A stretch of DNA of 64,000 nt, taken from NCBI GenBank assembly GCA_013239625.1, contig MU053379.1, positions 5,394,714 through 5,458,713 of the forward strand, written 5' to 3'. The notes beneath the pieces were generated by a model. It did no database searches and was not told the origin of the DNA. It saw only the letters and a program-made list of their open reading frames with translations. Made by a program: the position numbers and the translations under genes. Every line of letters starts with the position of its first letter. Position 1 is the stretch's first letter. The DNA comes from Lama guanicoe. Lineage: Eukaryota. Positions 27,715 to 41,263 of this stretch are shown one piece after another.

Positions 27715-28020
27715 TAATACATTCATTTGACAGTTCTTTTCTGGGGGCCTAGTACATGCAGATACTGTTCTAAGTGCTATGGATAAAACACTGAACAAGA
27801 GAGGCATGTGTTCTTCTCTCCTTGTAGAGGGTGTATATTTTCATGGGGGCAGAGAAAATACACAGGCAAGCATGTAAAAGTCACAGCTGGTGACAAGCGT
27901 TAGTGCAGTAGCAGAATTTGGTGATACCTAATCGCCACGTACCTAAAAGACAGAAGGAAGGGCTAGGCAAAGAGGCAGGAAAGCATCCTGAGCAAAGGGA
28001 GCAGCAGGTCCAAAGTCCAC
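27715..28020 (-). repeat. L2 3' fragment
   Basis: cattcatttgaca...tactgttctaagtgct. Confidence 0.55.
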
Positions 28021-29149
28021 CTGGCCTGCCACGGTCCGGCGTCTGCCTCATCTCCCTCCCTCATCTCCCCTTCTCTATTTCTCATGCAGTATCTCTAGCC
28101 ACCGGCTGTGTTACGTCTTTTCATCTCTTTTGAAGTGTCTTTTGATTCTTACTTTGTGAAATTTATTAACCCTTTCCTCTCTTCTGAGTGTGTGTGCATG
28201 TGTATATGTTTTGCTTAATTCCATGAACTTCCTAGACCTGGAATGCATCTTACAGGCATAGATACAGCCGTCATTCCAGAACACAGACCCGAGCACAATC
28301 AGTTTTAAAAACAAGCACATTAACGGAAAGATGCAAACAACGACCTAGCCCTCCTACCAAGCATGCAGGCTAAACATGCAACTTATTATGTCTTAGCGTA
28401 AATGAATAAGCACCGCCTAAGACGTAAGATTAGCTTACATTTAGCAATAACTCGACCACTTTAGAATATATTAAATCCTGGTGGATTAGCTAACTGCCAT
28501 TTTGAATAATGTATAAAACAAATTTTTAAAAAGTCATTCATTATAGAGGTAAAATATATCAATTCTCATATATTTTTCTAAACTCTCTTAAGCTTTGCTT
28601 TAAATATTTGGGGATTTCATTCACCTAGAATCAACTGCAGTGTAAAGTGTACCTTGCCCATTCTGCTCAACCACCACCAACGATCTTCCATCAATGGACA
28701 TTCACAAGGTGCAACAGACCATGCCTGGCTCCAGGGGAGCTTTGCAGAAGGACACAGGAAAGGAGCGGCACGTGTCAGCAGAAGAGCCTCAGGCTTGCCC
28801 TCCTCAGGAGCTCTGAGCATTCTAGCGCCATCTCAAGTGTAAGGCAGTGAAATGACATGGGTGGGTCCCTGAGGCACCCGGACTCAGAAGTCTCAAGCTA
28901 CACAGGAACCAGTACCTCTTGCAACAACCCAAGAGCCTAAGCCCCGGAGATGACAGCGAGGAGCTTCCCACAGGCACCCTGTCTGTACTTTCAACAAGAC
29001 ATTCAAAGTCCTAGTCATAACCCTTCCAGCCCAGGCGTCAGTTTTGCCATAATCAGTGCTGACTGATCACAGCTGACAGCCCGCCTTTTCAGGTTTCCAG
29101 AGCAACAGGGTGCTGGGGGCCAACACAAGGTCGTTCTCTCATTTCCCCT

Positions 29150-29710
29150 TTGGCTTACAGGTTTAGAAGTACGTGCCTTTAAATCCCAAATGTACGTTTC
29201 CTCTTTCTGTGGTTGACTTCCAGCTGAATTTCTTTATATCAGAGACCAGTCAGTACTACAAAAATTATCTGACATTTATTGTGATATATTTTGATTTGGC
29301 ACATGGTAAATTTTTATAAATGGCCCACGTATGTTTGAAAAAAATTGTGTGTTCTCTATTTTTGGATGCATGTTCTGTATATGTCCATTATATCTAGCTT
29401 GCTAATTCACTTTTTTTAATAATTTCTATATTCTTAACTAATTGTCTAATATATTAATAAAAGATATACTTTAAAATGGCCCACTACCATAGTAAATTTA
29501 TCATTTGCTCCTTGTAATTCTGATTTACATATTCTGAAGCTAATGTTAGGTGCTTATATAAATTTAGAATTTTATATCTTCCTTGTGAGCCAGCAAGCCT
29601 TTTAGTATTATATAGTGACTTAATACCTAATGGTTTGCTTTTAAGTATCTTCTTTCTGACATCACTGTAGCTATACCAGCTCTCCTTTGTTAGTGTTCCT
29701 CTGTGCATTT
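29150..29710 (-). mobile_element. Ancient L1 ORF2 endonuclease relic
   Basis: T-rich; the minus translation resembles the L1 endonuclease (ILNLY, atagctacag). Confidence 0.6.
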
Positions 29711-31770
29711 TAATTTTTCTACTTTAAAATATCAAGGGAAAATATTCCCCAAAGATTTATTCTCATTAGCCTATGTGGATAACCACTAAAATAAATGAGA
29801 TGAGTTCTCCAGAGTTGACCTGGTCCTGAAAACCAGTTTATCCACACTGCTAGGGAAAGCAAATCTCTAAAAATTAATTTCAGGTAATTAAAGTAGGAAT
29901 GTGGAGATTGTGAGTGAAACGGCACAGAGGAAAAGAAAGGGGTAATGCTACCACATCAGCACAGCCCCTCCCAGCTCAGGCAAGACTTGCTGGAGAGCCG
30001 TCTGCACACCGCTCATCTGCTAAGAAGTTACACCGCCTGAGCGGGAAGCCCTGGCATAGTTCAGCCTGGGCTGTACTCGAAGTTGCGCTTCAGAATCAAC
30101 TTGACTGTCCTTACCGAAGACGCAAACTGTTCCAGACGGCTGTCACTCAAATAAGGCTCACTCAGGACCCTAACGTGTCTTTGAACGAAATCTGATTTGG
30201 CTAACGATGCCAAGAAGGCACAAGGAGAAATATTCAAAATTATCAAGATGCCAGGTCTTTTTGGAGAGTGCTCACTGAATCCAATTAATGTCAAAGAAAA
30301 GGCTGGATCGATTTTTCCAAGAAGCCTAAGCGAACTTTTCTGCACTGTATGCCAAAGACTTGTGAGGACAGAGTGAAAGCAGCAACACGAGGAGACAGGA
30401 GCCTGGCTTCTAGTCTCTTCTCTGCGACCGGAGAGCTGTGTGGCCACAGGAAAATCACTTCAGCTTCTGGGGCTGCTTCTTCACCTCTAAAATGAGCACT
30501 GGAACAAAAATTTATTGATCTGTCTTGTAAAGCTGAACATCTACACACAAGCCTATGAAGTCTAGACAGTCCCCAGGGACAGCATCGTACTGAAAGGGCA
30601 TCAAGGGGCTATTATACCAAATTAACTGCTTCATGAAATGTAAGCAGAGCAAATTCTAACAAAACTAGCTGATTTTCAAAACATACTCTACAAGCCACCC
30701 AGAAATGTTCTAAGATACTCTTTTCTAAAAGGAAACTTTAAAGCATATCAAATCTCATCCTAGAAAAGTCAAGCCATAAAACATTGGGGAAAAAACCCAA
30801 ACCATAAAACACACTCAGTTCTAGAAGGGTGTCAAGCATGGCTATATAAAGGGTCTGCGCAAGACATTCTATGAAGTTGTTCACTTCCAAATATCTGTCC
30901 TTCAAGGGGGAGATCATTCTGATCACAGAAAAGGATCAACAGTGGGGCTGAGAGCCCAGAATTACACTAGAAGAGGCTGCCAGCCAGAGGTGTGATGGTG
31001 GCCTTGATGTGGCCACCGTATGTGTCACAGGGGAACGGACAGACTCCCCGTGGGAGAACAGCCAAGCTACCATGCTGTCTTCCGAAGCAGCAGCTCAGCA
31101 CGTTGTCAGCCCTGGGTGGGGCGGCGGCCAAACGGGGACAATGGGGGAAGCAGTGCTTGTTCTTGGTACTGAGTTTGAGCTCCATGGATGCTGGAACCTA
31201 CAGGAAGTGAGTATGAGGACAGGAACATGATGCAAGTCCCAAAGCTCCAACAGATTAGAGAAGGAAAAAAAAATGTAAGGCACCTACAAGATAAAAACAT
31301 ATTTCTCTTTTTGTGCTCTAACCCTGGGAGTATCTCCACAAGAAAGGTAATGTGTCACGGTGAGGGTTTTGCTCCAGATTTCTTTGCAGCCGTCTACTAT
31401 TCCGTAGTTCAGAGCCACTGCACTACGCTCTCTCTCTCTCTCAATTAAAAATCGCATCATCCATACATCCATGCTTTAATGCTTTAAATTTTATGTGAAA
31501 TTTATTTCGTACCTCTTAGTAGCATAAAATGAAATAGATGCTAGGATAAGTAAAATTTCCAAAACAGCATTGAAAGGGGTGTTCTTCCATTGCAAAAATT
31601 TCCACTCTTTCAAATCCCTATTTTGATCACCTTCAACATCAGAGTGACACAGAATTGGGAGATCATTGTGGTAAGGAGAACAGAATAGCCGCTTAAAACT
31701 TAGAGCTTAGTCCGTGATTTAGGCACCGGCCAGAGTCAGTTAGTAAAGATCCCTCTTCCTTTAGCTTTAC

Positions 31771-31892
31771 CTCAGAGCTCACTGATCTAGGTGTCATGTC
31801 CTGACTTGATGAAGGCAAGTCTTCCTGATCTGATGAAAGCAAAGACGGATCCAGGTTTTTCACATCAGAGTCCTCTCCCTTCTGATCTTTTC
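31771..31892 (-). CDS. PTPN20: PTPN20 coding exon (KDQKGEDSDVKNLDPSLLSSDQEDLPSSSQDMTPRSVSSE)
   Basis: cttttctttgttcag| acceptor, GAG|gtaaag donor, 122 nt, phase 1->0. LPSSSQDMTPRS matches recalled human LPSSSQENTPRS. Confidence 0.88.
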
Positions 31893-32479
31893 CTGAACAA
31901 AGAAAAGGGAAGAACTGATCAAACGCGAAGGCCTTCAGAGAAGGAAAGGCTGAGCCTCAGCAAGAACAGCCGAGCTGACCGCGGGGACGGCCACCCGCTC
32001 TTCCTGTTCTAGCCTCCTCTCGTCTTTGCCTCCTAGGCTGATCACATCTCTCCCTGCTGTGAAACAAGTAACGGAGCAAGCATCATCCTTCTTCTAGGGT
32101 TATCCTCAGAAGCTGATTTTTGAGCAGTCCCTTTGTTCCTACTTCAGTATTATTCAAGAACGTACTCTTCAGGTGAATTCTAAATATATATCACCTACAG
32201 AACCTATGCACTGGGATCTACAGAACTCAATTCTGGGTTTCAGGGTCTACTTCTTGGATAAAGAACAGTGTAAGTCTCATTTTAACATCTTGTATTGTTA
32301 ATAAACAAACTAGCAACATGTTAATGTACATAGAAAGTTGTTTTTATTGAAGAATGTAACACAAATCATCCCTAGGAAACTCACTGCTGGTTTTATTACA
32401 GGATTTTTGCTAATTACTCTATTAATTTCACTGCACAGAGTCTTTCATATAGAAGCTATGGGAGATATTTTTCTCTGAT

Positions 32480-34960
32480 CTTAGAATTAAACACTGAGAA
32501 TACTGTTTCTTATGTCATGGCAGCCTTAAATACTATGATTTAGAAATCTATATAACATATCATATTAAAAAATCAACAATAAAAAGTATAGCAAAAATAT
32601 AAACAAGTACTTTGGAAACTAAAAACCGCATTTCAAAAGGAAATCAAATAGAAATTATGAACTATTACAACAAGTAAATCAATTTTATAAGTACACATTA
32701 AGAAACATCAATGAAAGGACAATATATCAAAACTAATGTGAAGTACGGAAAGTAGTGCTTAAAGGGGAAATGTGTAGTTTTAAAAACATTTATAAAAAAG
32801 ACAGAAAAAAATGACAAAACTGAGTTTTGTATTCAATCATAAAGGCCAAGAATGACTGAGGAAACCCCCCAAAAATAGAAAAGAAGAAATCATAAACAAA
32901 AATGGCAACTAGAAAATAGGCTAAAATCATAGAATAAACAACAAATCAAAGACTGACTCTTTGAAATCAAATACTTAAAAATACACAAATCTTTCACTAC
33001 TCAATAACATCAAAATGAAAAACAGGCACAACCACAAATCCAACTATCATTTTAAGAACTAATAAGCAAATCCTATGGGCACCTTTGGACAAATTTGATG
33101 AAACAGAAACTTTTACAGAGAGTTATAAATTATCAAAGTTTACTCAAGTATAAGCCTGAATAGTATAATAATCACTCAAAAAGTTAAACCAATAATTAAA
33201 AGTCTCACACTCAGAAGGAAAAAGGTGCCTGGACCAAAACAGATTTTCAGGTGAGATTTTATCAGACTTTCAATGAACAAAAATCTCTTTCTTATGCAAA
33301 CAGTTACAGACAATTTTTAAAAAGTAAAGATACTTAATTCATATTAAAAGGCTGGTAAATCCTGACATGAAAACAAAACACATAAAATACAAGTAAGAAA
33401 AATTGTAAGCCAAACTCAAAAATGAACACAGATGCAAAAGTCCTAAATAAAATATTACCAAATGGTGCAGTGAAAAAAATGCACAGACTAAGATTTATCT
33501 CAAAAATTCAAAGTATACTCAGTTTCATAAACAATCATAAAAATCTATGAATGTAAATTGGCATATTAACAAACGTTAACAAAAGATAGGACAGAAATTA
33601 TATTATCATCTGAACATATAAATCATTTGAAAAATTCAAGTCTTTCAAGGTAGAAGTAGAAGAAAATTTCTTTAACTTAGAGAAAAGGTTACCTAATCAA
33701 AATACTGGGCCAACATTATCCTTAATGGTAAAACTTTGGACATATTCTCATTGTTTTAAAGAAAACATAGGAATGCCTACTACCACTATCCTTATTTAAT
33801 ACTATATGATACAGGTCCCAAGCAATGAAAAGAAAGAAGAAAGGGGGAAAAAAAAAGCCATAAGGATTGGAAAAAAGCAAATAAACTGTTATTTGTAAAT
33901 ACTGTTACTGCACACATAAAAAATCAAAGACTCTATGGTCAGATATTAGAAATAATAAGAAAGCTTGACAGAAGAGCTGACACCAAGATCAGTAAAGTAG
34001 AAACATTCCATATGCCAACAATAACCATTCAGATATCGCAACAAAGAAAATATGTCATTCACAATAGAAATAAAAATATGAGGTAACTAGACATCAATTG
34101 AACCAAAACTATATAGTGGAAATTGCAAAATCTTATTGAAAGATACAAAAAATAGAATAAATAAGGCACGTATATGTATATTGGCAAAAACTCCTATCAT
34201 AATAGTGGTAAACATCTTTTAAATTTATCTTAGATTCAATGCAAATCCGATCAAATTTCAAGCGGGAAATGTGGGCATATGTGTGTCTATGCACTTGTCT
34301 ACGTGTGTAGACAAACTAAAGAACAGCAAAGACAATTCTGGGAAAGGAAAGCAGATTGGGGGCATTTGCCCTATCAGATATCGATACTCATTATAAGTTA
34401 AAGTCATCGAAACAGTGTGAATTGGTGTCAGGACAGCAAAGTAGAGCAATAAAAGAGAACTGGGCTTCAAAACCAATCTCAAGCACACATGAGCACCTGC
34501 CAATTGACTATGATGGCAGCGCAGGTCAGAGTGGGGAGAGCACCAAAGTAAGTGGGCTCGGGACGGCCGGCTTTCCTCCCAGGAGGAAACGGTCATACCC
34601 CTTCATCACAGCACAGTAAGATCAAAGATCAAAATACGCAAAGTAAGTATAACTCAATAAAAAAAGTTAAAAAAAATAAAATAAAAATAAAAAACCAAAA
34701 TATGCAAAGTAAAAGAGCATATTTTTATTATCTCAGGGTAGGGACAGATTTTGGAATTATGAAAGCACAATTTATAGAAGATGATATTGATTAAGTCTGA
34801 ATGTCCAATTAAAAGATACTATCAACAAAAAACTGCGCATCTACCAGGGAGAAATGATACAACTGATAACAGAACATATCAAGGATATACAAAGAATTCT
34901 TAAAATTCATTAGGAAGACAAAAAAGCCAATAGGCAAAAAAAAAGTGAGTAAAATATATT
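32480..34960 (+). mobile_element. Ancient L1 ORF2 relic
   Basis: Colinear degenerate ORF2 motifs (gatgcaaaagtcctaaataaaatatta; ggaatgcctactaccactatc). Confidence 0.75.
34647..34695 (+). mobile_element. Ultra-short young L1 insertion
   Basis: tataactcaataaaaaaagttaaaa is the family's extreme 3' end. 17-bp TSD caaaata(c/t)gcaaagtaa at 34630-34646 and 34696-34712. Confidence 0.85.
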
Positions 34961-35029
34961 AAACTAGCTGATCTTCTTAGTTGCCAAGTAACAGCAACCA
35001 ACTGTTGCTGATTTGAGAATAAAGAAACT

Positions 35030-38000
35030 TTACCACATGTGCTCTGGGAAACTCCTTTAACCACCAAAAAAGCTGAGCAGTAAGACATGGCCCTTGAATG
35101 CTGTGGGGCCACATCTAACACTCCTGACACGGAATGCTATCCTCCCAGAGCCCTCGACCTTGGTCACCACGGCCACTACTTCCTCATACCAAGACTTAGA
35201 GGACAGGGAGCTCTGCAAACCAAGAAGGCTCTTCAAATGCTAGGGAGGCAAATTACAAGGAAAAAAAGAGGGTCTACAGGGATCATAAACAAGCAACTCA
35301 CAGCAGAAGAAAAGTTACAGGCCAGTAAATGCATGAGAAAACGCCCACCGTCACCTGACACGAGGATGACATTAGAACGGCCCACCACTGACTCTCCCTT
35401 CTGCCCACGAGGGAGCCGCTGCGCAGGGCTCAGCACAAGCAGAAAACAGGACCAAACACACGAGACAGTAGCTTCCAGACTGCGACCTCTGGGAGAGGGG
35501 ACACAAGTTAGACAAGCCCTATGACCGCCCCAGATTAAGGCTTCCAGGTGTCTCCAGGCTACAGCTCAGGGAGAGGAACCTCAGAGCCTCAGGAACTCAC
35601 TGAGCTGAGAGGAAAGAAGTCGAACTTCAGAAGGCCAGGGCAGGTAGAATCTGTGAGGCAGAGTGTCAGAGAGGAGGGAGCTGTGCAGAATAAGAGACGT
35701 CCGAATATCAGCGAAGAAATCTTCCCAGGTCCTTCAGAGAATATGGATCTGCTTGTATGTAGAGGGCAGTCCCTGACACTCAGGCAGAATCACCAGGCCA
35801 GACAACTCCTGGAGACCAGCAAGGGCTAGGAACAGTGTGTTCAAGCAGCCAGAATAAGGGGACCTTGTAATACACAGGGCACTGGGACGAGTGCACAGAA
35901 AAGACACCTCTCAGCAGTAAAACGAAGCTATCCTCAGAACAGAGGCAACTCTGGACACCTACAAAACGTTTAACAGCAAGTTTCAAACAGGATCAACTTA
36001 CCTAAACTTCAAGTAACATAACTGCAGGCAGAAAATACTTCGTATTTTTTTTACAGGAATACAAAAAACCCAGAACCCCAAATTGTATAATTCATAATGG
36101 CCAGCATTTAGTCAACACTTAGCAGGCATGCAAAGAAGCAGGAAAATATGGCCCATAACCAGGTAAGTCAATCAACAGAAATACAGTTAGAAATAACAGA
36201 TGGTGATATTTGTAAAGAAAAACCTTTTATAAGCTATTATAAATTTTATAAAGGTGCTCAAGGAAGTAAAGAAAACATCATATAATGAAAAGAGAAATAC
36301 AAAGTATAAAAATGAGACCCAAATGGAACTTCAAGGAATGAAATGAACAATATGTGAACTGAATGTAATTAATAACAGATAAGACAGTAGAGAAAAAAAG
36401 GTAAGTGTATGCCAACATATAGCAATAGAAATTATCCAAAATAAAGCATGGGGGCGGGTAAGGGGGCAGACTGAACAGAGATTCAGCAAACTCTAAAAGG
36501 GAAAAAATGGGAGACAGATACCACGTTAACACTAGTAAGAGAAAGTTTGAATGGCTAGATTAGTATCAAAGTGACTTCAGAACAAAGAATGTTACCAGGG
36601 ATAAAGAGGGACATTACATAATGATAAAGAGGCAAATTTATTAGAAACATAATAATTCAAAACATTTATACAATAGTGAAACTTCAAATTACATGAAGTA
36701 AAAACCAATAGAATTGAAAGGAGAATGACAGACAGCCAAAAATTCTCTTTAGCAATTGATGTAACATATAGAAAAAAATATCAGTAAGGACATGCAAGAT
36801 TTGAAACACACCATAATTCACATTTTCCTAATTTAACCGTTTAGAACACTTCACCCTGAAACAACAGACTACCCATTCAAGTGTCCATGGAATATTCTCA
36901 AAGATCATACTCTGGGTTACAAGATAATTTTTAACAAATTTACAATCTATTAAGTCATACACAGTTTATCATAAAAATTATAAAATATGTCACAAATATC
37001 CTCAAATCAAATGGAATTAAATTAGAAATCAGTAATAATAAGATATATAGGAAATTTCCAAATATTTGGAAACTAAACAACAAACTTCTATTTAACCAAT
37101 GAGTCAAAGACGAAGTTGCAGGGAATCTAGAAAATATCTTAAACTTCACGAAGGTGAATTAAACAGCATATTAAAATTTTATAGAGGGAGCCAAAGTAAT
37201 GTTTTTTGAAAATGTACAATACTGGATATGTCTATGAAAACAAAAAACAGAAAACAAAAACCAGAAAGACCTAAAATCCATGATTTAAACTTCTACCTTA
37301 AGAAATCAGAAAAAGAAAAAAAATTAAATTCAAAGAAGCAGAATAACAGATAGAGTGGTAAGAATAGAAATCAATTAAATAAGGAGAAAAACAAAATGGA
37401 ACCAACATCTGGTTCATTGAGAAGATCAATAAAATTGGTAAATATCTTGACAGGTAAATTGAAAAATAAAAGAGAGAAGAAACAAACCAATAATCTCAGG
37501 AATGAAAGAGAGGACTTCATAATATTTCAACAGAAATTTAAAGGATATTAAAGGAATATTATGAATAACTATGTCAGTAAGTTTGACAACTTAGATGAAA
37601 CGAACAAATAATTTGAAGGCACAATCTACCATAGCTCAGCCAAGAAGAAACAAATGATCTGAATAGACCTATAGCTAGTAAAGAAATTGAATTTATAATT
37701 TAAAAATCCTCCCACAAAGAAAAACACCTGGCCCAAATAGCTTCACTGGCAAATTCAAAATATTTAAGGAAAAGCACCAATTTTACACCAACTTTCAAAA
37801 CAATTGAAGAGACAGATACACTTCTCACTTCATTCTATGAGGTAAACACTACTGTATGAGTCTGTTAGGGCAGTCATAACAAAATACCACAGACTGAGTG
37901 GCTTAAACCATAGAAATTTATTTTCTCACAGTTCTGAGGCTGCAAGTCCAAAATCAAGGTGCCAGCAAGTCTGGTTTCTTCTGAGGCATCTCCTTGGTTT

Positions 38001-38730
38001 ACAGGTGGCCTCCTTGTTGTGTCTGCTTTGATCCCAGTTCTGTTATGTGGTGGGACCAGGGTCAACTTCCCTGCTCTCTCTATGCCTCACTTTCCTCATC
38101 TACAGAAGAGCAGTACTGACAGTACCTATGCCACAAGGATGTCACAATGACTAAGCCAGATACATGTGAAGCACTCAGCACAGCACCTGACACGGGGTCA
38201 GCATTTAATGAGTTGGTTACCACTGTCTGAGTTTCCAGAATTTATTTTCTTCATTTACACTTTTCAAGAAATATTTACTCCATTAAACCATGTGATTATT
38301 TTTAACTTATTAAAAATAAATAGCCAGAGCCTAGAAGCAATGATACTGCATCAGCAGCAAACACGCCCAGCGCTCAGCTCTTGGTTTCTCAATACTATTA
38401 TCCAATAAGAGGAAACAAAGTTCTTTGGAGAAACGGCTGAATCTAGGACTGAGGCAGGGGCAATGCAAGATAAGCCTGGAGCATCTTGTAATGCAATGAA
38501 GTAATAAAGTGCTCAAAAAACAAAAGAATGGAGTATGTCAAAGGGACACAAGAGTCAACCTGAAAGAGCTCCCATGGGCCAGGACTAGAAAAATTTGAAA
38601 AACAAAGTAACTAACATAACAACTAGTTTAAAATATAAAGTATAAAATATATATACATGAGTCCATATTGATACAAACAAATGATTGAATAAGTAAATAA
38701 ATAGGGGAGTAGAAATAAATCCTCTTTATA
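35030..38730 (+). mobile_element. Old L1 (5' region, ORF1/ORF2 relics to ~37850), MLT1 fragment (~37853-38030), MIR (~38045-38225), L1MC-type 3' fragment
   Basis: Endonuclease/ORF2 motifs; tgtatgagtctgttagggcagtcataacaaaataccacagac (MLT1 end); MIR core. Confidence 0.7.
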
Positions 38731-41112
38731 GAGGAGTGCAGGAGTGAGACTCTGGTTTAGCTTGTTAACGGCCTGTGACACTCAGGGTGAAATCATAATT
38801 GTCAATACAAACCTGTATAACTTTGAAAAGAATTATATAAGGGGACCTCTTGAGGGACTGCTAGATTATTTCATTTAAAATCTAACTAGACAATAAGATG
38901 TGCTATATTATGACAACAAGTATCATTTTATTCTTTAAATTAATAGAGAGGAAGCTGTCTGGGATAGGCAAAAAAAACCAGGCCAGTAAATCTAGCAGGT
39001 TTCTGTTTTAGTTAAAAAAAAAAAAATCCTTCACAGCTGTGCATTCCTTTAGAGAAGGCAGGTTATTTAAAAAGTACAAGGTCTTCAACTTGAGGGCTCT
39101 TCATTTACTCAAGTCAAATTTTGAAAGCTTGAAATCTGACAAAATTCTCAAAAGCACTGTAGACAAGAGACAATTTTTTTTTTCTGAAGGCTAAAATCAT
39201 GCACGCTTAAAAAAAATCACTCTGTTTTAAGTGTCAATTCATTTAGCTACTTTATATCAGAGGAAAACTCATAGAAATAAATATAGAAAGAACCTGTCTC
39301 AAATAATTTGTTCAACTCATTAAATAATCAAGGAATAGCGAGAGGATAAAAGCTGGCTGAAAAGACCATTTCGAGGAACATGTTATCTTTGTCCATTAGG
39401 AAAGGCATTTTGAAATAAGTTTGCTAAATTAGAAACAAAACTGATTAGTGTTCTACAGGGCACTGAAACTATAACTTTTTCTGTCAGACAGACATCTTAA
39501 AAAAGTGATATTATTAAATTAATAACTTTCCTTCTGATGTAACTTACACATGTGTGACCCACAACCTCAGCTCTTCAGTTACTACTTGCAACGAATCGTG
39601 CTAAACCTCACAGACTGCTTTGATTCAGTAGAGCTTCATCAGGTTTGAAAGTCTTTGAAAGGGCAGTAGGATCGAAATTTGGGGAATTTAGGACAGTCTC
39701 TGAAAATCCAGGACAGAAGTCAATGGTGAATACAGTCAGAGATGAATTGGCTGCAAAGAGAGGAGACTTTTTGGGAGACTCCTTAGAATTCCACTTTTTG
39801 GATAAGTCTTAATTTATTAACTGTCCTATAATTGAAGGCCATTTTTTTGGATGCTGTCTTTTTCCTTTTCACTGAAGCTAAAACAAAGTCATGGAGTGTT
39901 TAGGATACAACAGGAATGAAGTTGAGTCAAAATTACATTTTGAAAGATTCCAGCAAAATTTATAATTTCATCAGATTCTTGAATAGAAATTTAGAAGATT
40001 ATTAACTTAATAGAACTGTCAGTGCACAGTTAGTTCAAAAAGGAAAAAGTATGAAGCAGATTTTTTTTTTAAATCACGTTACACAAAAGTAAATAAATAA
40101 TCCTGGACAGGAATCACAGGAATTAAAGAAAGCACAAGGCATCATTTCCCAGCAACTAAGTCAACCACATTTCTTTTCACTGTGATGACACCAAACATGG
40201 TGAGGTTACAGTACAGCTGGTATATTGCTGGTAATGTGCTTAATTCTTCTAAAAATAATATAGCAGTAAGTAGTAAAAGTAATACAAAATTCAGATCCAT
40301 TAGCTCAGGGATCCCAATCTGGAGAATTTATTCTAAAGAAAGAAGTCAATCAAAGAATAAAATCTATAAATATTAACATGCTGTCAATATAGTATCTATA
40401 ATTAAAGAAAAAAAAACTGGAGACAACATACGTGCTATGAATAAGTACTATCATGATGAGAAAGAAGGCTGCCTTCAGGCTTTCAGAATGTAAACAGGGC
40501 CAGAAGTACTTCTGGAGTCGGACCTGCAAGGCTAGAGAAGCAGCCGGGCAGGAAATGCTCTGTGTAGAACTCTGGCTTAAACCTCTAGTGGGAGGGAGCA
40601 ACACTGATCACACAGCGGCAGGGGAGGAGAGGAGCAGGAGCTGAGCTGAACACAGAAGGGACGAGAAAAGGTATAAAAGGAAGGGTGAAAGCCGAGGGCA
40701 AAGCTGCTCGTGTCTGAGGCCAGACCATGGCAGCACGGGCCGCTGGGGGCAGTGTCATCTAATTAAACCACTGCGTTAACACCGCGCCCAGATCCTTCTC
40801 TGTGCTTTTGTGCTTTTATGTACTTTCCAAAGGACATAAGTATTTCCTCAATAAACATAGATCACACCTACTATCAGAAAAAGAAACCATTATTTCATCA
40901 GAGTGAAATAAAACACAAGAATATAACTCTTGCCACTAGGCGTGGTGGCTTCTCAGAGACATGGAACTTTGGGCCCCACCATGGACACAGTGACTCCCAG
41001 TGTGCAGGTAACAGACCTACAGGTGGCTCAACACACATTTTCAGTCTGACAAGGGCCACTCCGGCCCCGCCTGCCCCCACACCTTCCCAGCGCGCAGTGC
41101 ACACGAGCCTAC

Positions 41113-41146
41113 CAGACTCTGCTGTGGCGTCCTCGGGTGAAGACAT
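41113..41146 (-). CDS. PTPN20: PTPN20 first coding segment (MSSPEDATAES-G) within exon 41263-41113
   Basis: AACATGTCTTCACCC start, 34 coding nt, phase-1 donor TCTG|gtaggc. Resembles the human N-terminus MSSPRDFRAEP (recalled) and is phase-compatible with the next exon. Confidence 0.85.
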
Positions 41147-41263
41147 GTTGTCCCCACGCCCGGAGGACATGGGCAGGTTTCTGCAGGTGCTGGGCCTTAT
41201 GTTCTGAGAGTCAGGCAGCAGGTCTAATTGGTATCCTGGGGCCAGCACACAACTGTTGTTCAC
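41147..41263 (-). other. PTPN20: 5' part of the PTPN20 ATG-containing exon (nominal 5'UTR, open in frame)
   Basis: Acceptor ttcttttatgttgtgtgtttaaccag|GTGAAC at 41263. The 117 nt are 39 stop-free codons in frame with ATG 41146, with an in-frame upstream ATG at 41170. Confidence 0.6.

Noticed and set aside
35087..35524. 145-aa ORF
   Set aside because: It lies within an old L1 5' region and resembles no protein I recognise.
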